Below are positions 8,768 to 17,481 of a stretch of 32,000 nucleotides of DNA, one piece after another (position 1 is the stretch's first letter; every line of letters starts with the position of its first letter). Source of the stretch: Nostoc punctiforme PCC 73102 (GTDB lineage: Bacteria; Cyanobacteriota; Cyanobacteriia; Cyanobacteriales; Nostocaceae); NCBI RefSeq assembly GCF_000020025.1, contig NC_010631.1:322565-354564 (forward strand), in the 5' to 3' direction. The notes under the pieces are model-generated. The model saw nothing but the letters and a program-made list of their open reading frames with translations, did no database searches and was not told the DNA's origin. Position numbers and translations under genes: made by a program.

Positions 8768-9165
8768 TTACGCGAAACCGATACCTGGCACTGGTGGCTG
8801 ATAACAATTTTCCTGAATAAATTTTGCTGCTACCTCATGCACCTCAGTACTCTCGGTTACTTGCTGCTTGTCCCAAGGTAAACTCATCTGTCCTGGTGAT
8901 GACTTCTTTGCTTTCGCACCCTTCACTACTGATGGCAAAAAGCTTCTCCCCCAGTGATTTCGCAACTCTTGTTTTGCCTGTGGCCGATATTTTGACAAAA
9001 CCACCGATACTTCGCCGCACATGCATAATTAATTTGGGGCAGGTCTTCTGGTTGTTGAGGCTCAAGTAGGTGGTAAGTATGATTGCTTATGATACACAGA
9101 GCGTAAAGTTTAAATCCATATTTCTGTTGTGCTTTTTTGATGTCATAAAGCAGGACTTCATGCAA
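8768..9165 (-). pseudogene. Degenerate REP-associated tyrosine transposase (RAYT / IS200-like Y1 transposase) relic
   Basis: Three overlapping minus-strand ORFs in different frames carry successive family motifs: KYGFKLYALCIISNHTYHLLEPQQPEDLP, then ...RNHWGRSFLPSVV.... The N-terminal part is missing, so the gene is frameshifted and truncated. Confidence 0.5.
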
Positions 9166-9278
9166 TACTGTTCAGTTAAGGGAAAATAGGTGGTGGAGTC
9201 AAGGAGAATTAGTTCGCGTGTTGTTTACGAGAACAAAATTAACTAAAGAGTCTTCAACTCCCTTGTCATCCGTTAAGA

Positions 9279-12200
9279 TTATTGGGATAGGTTCCAGCGA
9301 GATTTGCAATAGTTTTCAATCTCTTCGTCTGTTGTCAGTTTGCTAGTTAAATTTCCACTCCGCACGAATAAACAGCGTTGATTTTTCTTACCTTTAGTTT
9401 TGACTTCGATGGATACTGGACGTGGGGAAGGCTTTACGATGATGCGACATACATCTCTGCGCTCGACTTCATGGAAGGTGATGTCGATTAATGTTGCTAA
9501 ATCTTTTCCTAGTTGCGGTAGTAATAAATCATTGATGAGAAATAGCTGATATGCATCCCGTTTATTTGGTTTGCTGAAGGTTTGATAATCTAAGTCAAGT
9601 CCGATGATTTCTTTGTCGTCGGTGACTCCTATTAGTAATGTTCCACCTTTTTCGGTATTGAGGAAAGATGCGACTGTTTTGAGAATTACTTGCTCCATTT
9701 CAGGATTTTTTTGGTTTTTATCCACATCCCAACGAGCGGTAGATTTGAATTCTAATGTGGAACTCTCGTCTTTAGTGGTGATGAGTTCCACAATATCTGC
9801 GTCACCTGTTAGGGGTGCAAAGTCCCGATATGCTGTTAATGCATCTTGTTTGACTTGTTCGGGAACGATGGGGAATGTGGTGAGGATGTATGCAAATTCT
9901 GCTTCAGTTAAACCGTAGAGGTGAGCTATAATTCCGTCGAGTTCTGCGCGGAGTTTAGCTCTTTCGCTTGCGTCGGTGACTCCGTTGGTATGGGAACCGA
10001 GTCCAACTTCTTGTGCTAGTTCGTCAAATTCTGGGGTGGTGCAGATAAGTTTGGCTGCGCGTTGTACAATTTCGTCGAAGTTGCGATCACTTTCCGTTAG
10101 ACGTGGAACTGGTAACTGATAAATGTAAAACATATTTATGTTTGCAGATACCTGTTGACGTAATGCAAAATCTATACAAAAACTATTCAATGTAGCGCAT
10201 ATAAATAAAGTAGATTTATTATCCCCGCTTGGGGATGCAATATTAAGAGAATTTCCAGTAAAAACATTTGAGGGTAAAACTGTTCCAATTAAAGTACGAG
10301 CATCTGTACTTCTGCCTATAGCACGGTAAGAAAATCTATAACATTGATAGTTTAATATTTGACCTGTATCGCATTCATTCTTTTTCAATAAAGCTTTTCT
10401 GCCTTCTTCTTCATTCAGCCAATACCTAGATTTACCAAATTGATGGGTAAACTGATGAATCATCTTTCCTTCATAGAGAGGTAGCATAGAATGGACATAT
10501 GTTTTATTGAAAAGAGAAGCATCATCAGTCATATTAAATTCACGATGCAATTCTAAATTCCACTTATTATCTATCTTTTCACCTAGTGAAGGAAACTTCA
10601 GCATTTTCTCAGCAATACAAACATCAACTTCGTTTTTTAATTCCATTAGCGAAAGAGAATTAGGTGATATTTTTCGTACCATATCAATGGTAATTAGCAA
10701 ACTATCATTATTTGGGAACCTTAGAAGTTCTTGCACATCATGACGCATAAAAATAGCTGGAAATTCTGTTGTTTCTGCACCCTTTGTAAAAGTAAGTACA
10801 ACAAATTTAGAACGACTATCAACTTCTTCAAAAATCATTTTCCGGTTTTCAAAGCAGAATAAACCTGTAATATTTGTTTGATTAAACAACATCTCTCGTA
10901 GTTTTTTAGCACCTAAGTCAGTATAAATACCACTAGGGATTACAATTCCACACTCACCATTTTTACGTAAAAGGTTAAAGCACTGTTCTAAAAAAAGTTT
11001 GTAAAGATTTACATCTTTACCGTGGCGTTTACCGTTAATTATAGGAACCTGATTTTTATACTGTTCAGCAAATCTAAAATACTCCCTTTGATGGTTGTAA
11101 TCACTTTGATAGTGTAACCATTCTTTCTGAATATTTGGATCTGTTAGTAAACGTTTTAGCTCAATCTCAAAATCCTTAATGTCCATCTTTTTCTTAGTCA
11201 CAGCATCACTATATTCTGAGCAAAATTCTTTAGAATTAGGTTGAAAACTTTCCCAAGGTGGATTAGTTATAATCGCATCAAAACCACCCCTTCCTAAAAC
11301 CTTATCAAAATGATAACCCCAGTGAAAAGGCTTTAATGCAGCAATATCATCAACATTTAAAACCCGTTTATTTGGTTTACCAGCTAACTGAACTTCTTCA
11401 TATTTAATCCCCAAGCGCTCGCTAAACTCTTCCAAAAGCAAAACATTTAGTTTTTCTTTTGAGTTATTATTGAGATCATCAATAGATGCACGCAGTAATA
11501 GAAGTTTTTTATTTTGATGTGTTTCCTTATCTAGCTTATCAAATTCCTTTTTTTCAGGGATAAAAGCATATTTTTTATACAATTCAATTGATTTATTTTT
11601 CTCTTCTAAAATTGACTGATATGTATAATAAGAACTAGATTGAAATAAACTTAATTGTAAATCGGGATTTTCTTGTTTATATCCCCGTGCTTTAGCTTTA
11701 GCTGTGAGTTTAACTTGATCGAATACATTTGCATCGACCGTTATCAATCCAATTAGCGAATTACCAGCCATAATATTAAAATCAATATTAGGTAATGGTT
11801 CTAATTGATTTACATTATGAGCAGAAGATACCAAAGCTAGAAATAAGCGAAGTTTAGCAATTTCTGTCGCTTCCTCCATGATGTCAACACCATAAAGATT
11901 ATCAGTAACAATCCGTTTTTTTAAGTAGTAAGATATAGACTGATGTTTATTTCGTATATCTTGAAGTTGTTGCTTTAAACTTGCATCTCCTATTACGTCA
12001 ATCATCCCAATTACTGCACCATAAACTAGGATAAGTGTTTTCATTACAGCAACAAGAAAAGCACCCGAACCGCAAGCAGGGTCAAGAATTGATAATTTTG
12101 GCAGAATATCATTAATTAATAAACGGCAGATATTTGCATCTAGTTTAAATATCAGTTGGTTATAATCTTCAAAAGGTTTATATTTATTAGATAAAGAATC

Positions 12201-13304
12201 ATTAACGCGGTCTAAAATAAGTTTATGAATCGTCCTATCACAAAGATATTCGGTGATTTGCGGACGAGTATAATAAGCACCAAACACTTTTTGATTAATA
12301 TACTTTTCAAAAATGTACCCTAAAACATCGGGCGATATTTCGTCATCTTTCCCTTCTGGCGTATCATCTAAGTTCCAAGAATATTTGGCAAATAATTCTA
12401 AAATTTTTTCAAATGCTATATCAGAAATTGAAATATTATTTTCTTGTTCAATGCGATGTTGAAGGAATAATCCACCATTGAGGTATTTAATCACTCCGAC
12501 CAACTTTTTCACTGATGGGTCACGGTCTTCTTCTGGTGTAGCAAAACTGTCAAAAAATAAAACTTTCAGAAAACTACTATAAAAAAGATTATCACCTTTA
12601 TCTTTACTTTGTTTGAGCCGATTTTGTAAATAATTTAAATCTCCATTATCCAGGAAACTCTTACGCTGGAGAAAATAAACGAACATCATTCTATTGAAAA
12701 TTACCGATGCATACCAACGTTTATCAACATCATTGTTGATTCCTTTTATATGCTGTAAAAACTGCTTATGTTCCTCTTGAAATTCTTTATAAAATTTCTT
12801 CGTTACAGGTTCTACATCAAACGCATCTTGAAGACGGCGTGCAATTTCTACAACCGAAAGATTATCATCTTCAAGTTCAGTAATATCAATAACTAAAGAA
12901 CCGAGCTTACTTAAAAATAAATCTCCCGGTTGTCCCTTGACATACAAAGGCTCACGGATGTAACTTTTATTTTCTTCACGCTTCACCCAATACCAGAGAC
13001 TTCGAGTACGCTGACCATCAATAAATATCAACAGATTTTCAGCAATTAAATTGGTAACTTCTTTGTGAATTGCAGCCCGACTTTTTGCATCAGGAATAGT
13101 ACCATCTGCTGCTGTAACTTCAAAAATAGCTACACCAGAACTCTCAGCTATTCGCTGGTATTGGTAAAACTCAGTCTCCTCTTCAAGTTGCAAGGTTACA
13201 GCTTTTTTCTGCGAAGAATCTGACCAACCCAATTCTTGAATGAACAAGTCCTGAAATTGAAATTTATGTAATAATTCGCGTGTTCGTTGGAAATTTAGCG
13301 TCAT
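9279..13304 (-). CDS. Large gamma-class N6-adenine DNA methyltransferase (type IIG/PglX-like architecture) with C-terminal AlbA_2/Schlafen-like domain
   Basis: AYYTRPQITEYL. Motif I ILDPACGSGAFLV (aa 406-418). YGVDIMEEATEIAKLRLFL, NIMAGNSLIG. Motif IV DAIITNPPWESF (aa 676-687). C-terminal helix motif IIAHLYGLTEAEFAYIL. The last ~163 aa (nt ~9282-9770) read STLEFKSTARWD...LKTVASFLNTEKGGTLLIGVTDDKEIIGL...VCRIIVKPSPRPVSI, which is the AlbA_2 pattern. Confidence 0.85.
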   Translation of the reverse strand: MTLNFQRTRELLHKFQFQDLFIQELGWSDSSQKKAVTLQLEEETEFYQYQRIAESSGVAIFEVTAADGTIPDAKSRAAIHKEVTNLIAENLLIFIDGQRTRSLWYWVKREENKSYIREPLYVKGQPGDLFLSKLGSLVIDITELEDDNLSVVEIARRLQDAFDVEPVTKKFYKEFQEEHKQFLQHIKGINNDVDKRWYASVIFNRMMFVYFLQRKSFLDNGDLNYLQNRLKQSKDKGDNLFYSSFLKVLFFDSFATPEEDRDPSVKKLVGVIKYLNGGLFLQHRIEQENNISISDIAFEKILELFAKYSWNLDDTPEGKDDEISPDVLGYIFEKYINQKVFGAYYTRPQITEYLCDRTIHKLILDRVNDSLSNKYKPFEDYNQLIFKLDANICRLLINDILPKLSILDPACGSGAFLVAVMKTLILVYGAVIGMIDVIGDASLKQQLQDIRNKHQSISYYLKKRIVTDNLYGVDIMEEATEIAKLRLFLALVSSAHNVNQLEPLPNIDFNIMAGNSLIGLITVDANVFDQVKLTAKAKARGYKQENPDLQLSLFQSSSYYTYQSILEEKNKSIELYKKYAFIPEKKEFDKLDKETHQNKKLLLLRASIDDLNNNSKEKLNVLLLEEFSERLGIKYEEVQLAGKPNKRVLNVDDIAALKPFHWGYHFDKVLGRGGFDAIITNPPWESFQPNSKEFCSEYSDAVTKKKMDIKDFEIELKRLLTDPNIQKEWLHYQSDYNHQREYFRFAEQYKNQVPIINGKRHGKDVNLYKLFLEQCFNLLRKNGECGIVIPSGIYTDLGAKKLREMLFNQTNITGLFCFENRKMIFEEVDSRSKFVVLTFTKGAETTEFPAIFMRHDVQELLRFPNNDSLLITIDMVRKISPNSLSLMELKNEVDVCIAEKMLKFPSLGEKIDNKWNLELHREFNMTDDASLFNKTYVHSMLPLYEGKMIHQFTHQFGKSRYWLNEEEGRKALLKKNECDTGQILNYQCYRFSYRAIGRSTDARTLIGTVLPSNVFTGNSLNIASPSGDNKSTLFICATLNSFCIDFALRQQVSANINMFYIYQLPVPRLTESDRNFDEIVQRAAKLICTTPEFDELAQEVGLGSHTNGVTDASERAKLRAELDGIIAHLYGLTEAEFAYILTTFPIVPEQVKQDALTAYRDFAPLTGDADIVELITTKDESSTLEFKSTARWDVDKNQKNPEMEQVILKTVASFLNTEKGGTLLIGVTDDKEIIGLDLDYQTFSKPNKRDAYQLFLINDLLLPQLGKDLATLIDITFHEVERRDVCRIIVKPSPRPVSIEVKTKGKKNQRCLFVRSGNLTSKLTTDEEIENYCKSRWNLSQ

Positions 13305-13910
13305 GATATACTACCCTTGCAGATAAAAATAGAATTCTGTGTAGTAAAAAACGAGCATAAAAAATATGCCCATAGACCAAAATCTTGGAGCCATAATCCT
13401 TAATAAATAAGGACTTATTTATAAAACCGTTATAATACTGCTACTGTGATAACCTTTTTAGTTACAGAAAGGCTCAGTGTTGATACTGGTGAATGGCAAT
13501 TTTGCAAGTGGCTATATACTGCCAGTAATAGTATAGTGTAAGTATAAAATCTAGCTGGATAAAATACTTTTCGACTAAATCTCAGCCTAGAAACCCAATA
13601 ATAGCTTAAAAGCTTATCTAGTAAGACTTTAGATAACTATAGGTAATTAGTGAAGAAAAGCTAAAAATAGCCTACGTATCACTGAAATAAAATATAAAAT
13701 TAATACGCAAAAAAATGTATAGTTTTATCAACTAGCAGAAACGCGAAAACGTAGAATATGTACTTGCTTAGGGTTATATTGGAGAATGCGATCAGGCTAC
13801 AAATTCTTCTGACGGTGGAATGGGGAATGCGCTTGTACAATTTTTAAGTTTGCCCGTTTTCAAGCATATATTTTCTTGTTCCATTGGTGTGAGTTTTTAA
13901 ATATCCAATA

Positions 13911-16900
13911 TTATTTCTCAAACAATCCTAAAGAACAAATGATTTGAGGTTCCCGTTTCTCAATTTCTTCGCTGACAATACACAAGCGATCATCCATCCG
14001 CAAAGCAACTACTAATTCTGCTAATTGCTGACTACTAATACCACTTCTTAATTGCCGATTTAAAGTATCGAGCGCAGACTGCCTTAATGGGTAACGATAA
14101 ATCTCATCAATCGCTTTTAATAGTTCCTCATTTACAAATAAAGTACCCTTCATCTCCTGTGCATAACTTTTCAATCGTTCGTAACTACGGAATCTCGCAC
14201 CCGATGGTCTACCCAATTGACCACCCATATTTTTTTCTTCCTCAGCCAGTAATTCCGCACCTTTTTTAACTAAATTGTGATGCTGTTTATCTTTAGCTAT
14301 TGCTAGTGTATATTCATCACAAGATGCCATTTTTAACACAGCTATTTGAGATTGGGTAACACTATTGCCATTGCGATCAACATAAATTAAAGAATCATTC
14401 CCTTCAGTGGTTTTCATATACATTAATACTCCCTCTGGTTGCACTATTCGAGGTATATGTTCACGAGTAGAATAAACCACATTGGGCATCTCTTCAATGG
14501 TTTTTTTAAGCCCAGGATTATTATCAGTTGCTTTTTTCCAAATTTGAAATGCTTCCGATGTTAAGTCAACTTCTGCATCTTCATCTCCATCTAAAATACC
14601 CGATTTTTCATTATATAAATCCCAAATTACTTGTGCATCATCATCCTCAAAAAATGCCTCATCAGTTCCCACAACCTCGGCATTTTCTTGTAATCTTTGC
14701 TTGAGTCTTCCCCGCAAATTAATAATCCGTTCCACACCTTCAGCAGGAAGAAAAGAATAACAGAGAATTTCTTGAGCATTTTGTCCAATTCGATCAACCC
14801 GTCCAGCCCTTTGAATTAATCGAATAATTGCCCAAGGTAAATCCCAATTGACGATAATTGCACAATCTTGTAAATTATGACCTTCACTTAAAATATCTGT
14901 GGCGATTAATATACGTAATTCATCTGTTGACAATACCCTATGTCGCTGATTATTACTCACAGGACTAAATTTTCCCGTCAGTTCCGTAGGATATTGTGAT
15001 TGCCCCGTTACTCCTGCTACTTTTGTAATATTTTTTGCCTGTAAGTTATCTGTTATGTAGCGTACCGAATCTGCAAATTGTGTAAAAATTAAAACCTTTT
15101 CATTAGGATGAGTTTTTGTTAGTAGATTTATTAGGGCTATCAATTTTTCATCTGCTTGAGAATTCCATTTACCAATATTTTGTAATATATTAATTAGTGC
15201 TTTTGCATCGGCTAATAAATCTTTTTTTAGTTTTTTAATATCAAATAATGACGAACGCAACCACTTAAAACGACGTTGATATCGGGTAGTATATTCCTGA
15301 TAAATTGACTCTGCTCGTTGTCTAAAAACTTTTTCTGCTGACCCCATCCCTGCTGGGGGGGTGAAAATTTCTTCTCCGACTTTTCCTCCCTTCTCTGCTT
15401 GTGGAGAATGGGGTAAGGAGGTGAGGTCATCTTCTTCTATTTCTATATCAAATAAACTTGCTATAACAGAATCAGCATCCTCATCATTATTCCTCGTATC
15501 TAATAATTCTGCATCTTGAGTACCAATAGGGATATCAAGCTCGTTTTCTAAAGCATATAAATAAATAAAATTCCGTAAAATGTGACGTTCAATTGATTGA
15601 ATAAAAGCAGAACCACTACTTTCTAAGCGTTTAAATAAATTAGTGCGAGAAAAACCCATCAACCTTCGTCCCCCGCGAAATAAGCCACTAATTTGGCGCT
15701 GTTCTGCATCTGTTGGTGGCTGTTTAGATTTTGCAAGTACATAATTACCCAATCCATAACGGGGTAAATTTAATTGATTAATTACTTGAATTACTGCTTC
15801 TGAATAAAGACTAGAATAGGAGTCATTAGAACTATCTAAAGTGAATTTAATAGTGCGTGGTAAACGATCAGGAAAATAAGAACGTCTACCATCGGTAAAC
15901 TCTAAGTATTTACGTGTCACTTTTTGTTTATCCTGACTCAGGGAAGAAGAATTTGGGTCTGATTTGGCATAATTATCTTTAATAAACGAACGAGTCCGCC
16001 GCACCATATAGCGTTTCATCAATTCTCGCCAATCGTCGGAATGTTCGCTTTTTTCAAAAGCAGCAAGAGACTTAACAGAACATTGATACTTTCTAATAAA
16101 TTGCAATTCGCCTAACGAACCGCCACCCAATTCATTGATTAAAGTTTCTGGTCTAAAACCTAAATCTTGGTCTTCAGGAACAAATAATCTTAATTGAGAA
16201 GAAAGGTCAAGATAAGTTTTATTATATGGTGTTGCCGAAAGTAAAATACATTTGCTTTCATTGGCTGTAATATATTCAGCGATTGCCCGATATCTTTTAC
16301 CTTCTCGATTGCGTAAATTATGACTTTCATCTATTAATACAACCCGATAACGACGTAATTCTGGTAATAAATTTTGGACTTTACTAATGGGCATCACCTT
16401 AGCATAAAGCCGATAAGTATCCACATATTCTTGCCACATCGAAGTTAAGTTTTTTGGACAAATAATTAAGGTTTCCAAAAAACAATCTTCTTGTAATATT
16501 TTTGCTAAAGCTGTTCCAACTAATGTTTTACCAAGCCCCACAACATCGCCGACAATTACCCCACCACGGCGAGTTACATGACGCGCTGCTAGCTGTACGG
16601 CGGCTTTTTGGAAATCAAACAAATTATTAAATTCACGGGGAATTCGGAATTCGGAAATTCCGGCGATTGCTTCATGGGATAAATGATAAGCAATCTTCAA
16701 GTAAATATGATACGGGGGAATTAATTCTTCCCTTGCCCAACTATTATCAATTATTTCTGCAAGCTCTTTAGAAATATCGATACAGCCGTAATCTTTCCAA
16801 CGGTCTTCAAACCACTTTTGCAGTTTATTCGTTGCATCATGGTCTAAAATATCAACATTTAATTCCCCTTGTTTTCTCAAACCCGCCAAAGTCAAATTAC

Positions 16901-17381
16901 TACTACCTAAAAATCCAACTATCGGACTATTGGGGTCGTTACGATGAACCAGGTATAACTTAGCATGGAGGGGATGCGCTAAAAATAATTTAATAACTAA
17001 TTTCTTTGTTTTTAATTGACGGCTTAAACGACGTAACCCCATTTCATGATCATCTGTTGGCGCACCGATGGTAAGCTGTTGGCGAAACTCCGCCGCTATC
17101 TTTTTTTTGAGACGAATAATAGTGCTATTATCAAGCCTGCCCTCCCCAGTACCCAACGTAAATGCTGTATGCACTTCATCGCTGGGTAAACCCTGCATCC
17201 CTACCAACAACCGACAACAAGAAGTTTCTCCACCCACATACTGTTCGATTAAATCATCAAGCTTGCGCCAACCTCTGAGGTTAAAGTAACCTACGCAAAA
17301 GTCAGCCCGGTAAGATACTTTAAGGGTATCCCGCAAAATTGGTAGCAGTTGCAAGTCGATGTTGTCAAATATGCGTGGCAT
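13911..17381 (-). CDS. PLD-family (single HKD) nuclease domain fused to an SNF2-type SF2 helicase/translocase
   Basis: N-terminal ADFCVGYFNLRGW and HKD motif HAKLYLVHRNDPNSPIVGFLGSSNLT (aa 139-164). Helicase motif I GDVVGLGKTLVG; motif II VVLIDESHNLRN; motif III ILLSATPYNK; motif V ATDILSEGHNLQD; motif VI QRAGRVDRIGQ. Confidence 0.85.
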   Translation of the reverse strand: MPRIFDNIDLQLLPILRDTLKVSYRADFCVGYFNLRGWRKLDDLIEQYVGGETSCCRLLVGMQGLPSDEVHTAFTLGTGEGRLDNSTIIRLKKKIAAEFRQQLTIGAPTDDHEMGLRRLSRQLKTKKLVIKLFLAHPLHAKLYLVHRNDPNSPIVGFLGSSNLTLAGLRKQGELNVDILDHDATNKLQKWFEDRWKDYGCIDISKELAEIIDNSWAREELIPPYHIYLKIAYHLSHEAIAGISEFRIPREFNNLFDFQKAAVQLAARHVTRRGGVIVGDVVGLGKTLVGTALAKILQEDCFLETLIICPKNLTSMWQEYVDTYRLYAKVMPISKVQNLLPELRRYRVVLIDESHNLRNREGKRYRAIAEYITANESKCILLSATPYNKTYLDLSSQLRLFVPEDQDLGFRPETLINELGGGSLGELQFIRKYQCSVKSLAAFEKSEHSDDWRELMKRYMVRRTRSFIKDNYAKSDPNSSSLSQDKQKVTRKYLEFTDGRRSYFPDRLPRTIKFTLDSSNDSYSSLYSEAVIQVINQLNLPRYGLGNYVLAKSKQPPTDAEQRQISGLFRGGRRLMGFSRTNLFKRLESSGSAFIQSIERHILRNFIYLYALENELDIPIGTQDAELLDTRNNDEDADSVIASLFDIEIEEDDLTSLPHSPQAEKGGKVGEEIFTPPAGMGSAEKVFRQRAESIYQEYTTRYQRRFKWLRSSLFDIKKLKKDLLADAKALINILQNIGKWNSQADEKLIALINLLTKTHPNEKVLIFTQFADSVRYITDNLQAKNITKVAGVTGQSQYPTELTGKFSPVSNNQRHRVLSTDELRILIATDILSEGHNLQDCAIIVNWDLPWAIIRLIQRAGRVDRIGQNAQEILCYSFLPAEGVERIINLRGRLKQRLQENAEVVGTDEAFFEDDDAQVIWDLYNEKSGILDGDEDAEVDLTSEAFQIWKKATDNNPGLKKTIEEMPNVVYSTREHIPRIVQPEGVLMYMKTTEGNDSLIYVDRNGNSVTQSQIAVLKMASCDEYTLAIAKDKQHHNLVKKGAELLAEEEKNMGGQLGRPSGARFRSYERLKSYAQEMKGTLFVNEELLKAIDEIYRYPLRQSALDTLNRQLRSGISSQQLAELVVALRMDDRLCIVSEEIEKREPQIICSLGLFEK

Positions 17382-17481
17382 GATTTCATACTCTGTTGGA
17401 AATTTTTAGCGGCTTAATGGTAGTGTTTCATGAGTATAAGCTCTGGCAATTGTTTGTACCAATAGTTGAAATTCGCATTTG

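Noticed and set aside
8824-9069. 81-aa plus-strand ORF over the RAYT relic.
   Set aside because: The minus-strand frames carry the recognisable transposase motifs. The plus-strand ORF is antisense noise.
9604-10743. Plus-strand ORFs 9604-9918 and 10507-10743 inside the methyltransferase gene. Also 14087-14269, 15227-15430 and 17068-17289 inside the helicase gene.
   Set aside because: They are embedded in long ORFs with unambiguous catalytic motifs.
12800-13304. Looked for an MmeI-like PD-(D/E)XK (D...ExK) endonuclease motif in the N-terminal ~170 aa of the methyltransferase.
   Set aside because: I found no convincing D-x(n)-E-x-K arrangement by eye (GVAIFEVTAADG and LLIFIDGQRTRS do not fit). 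The N-domain is left unassigned, and a structure or HMM search is needed.
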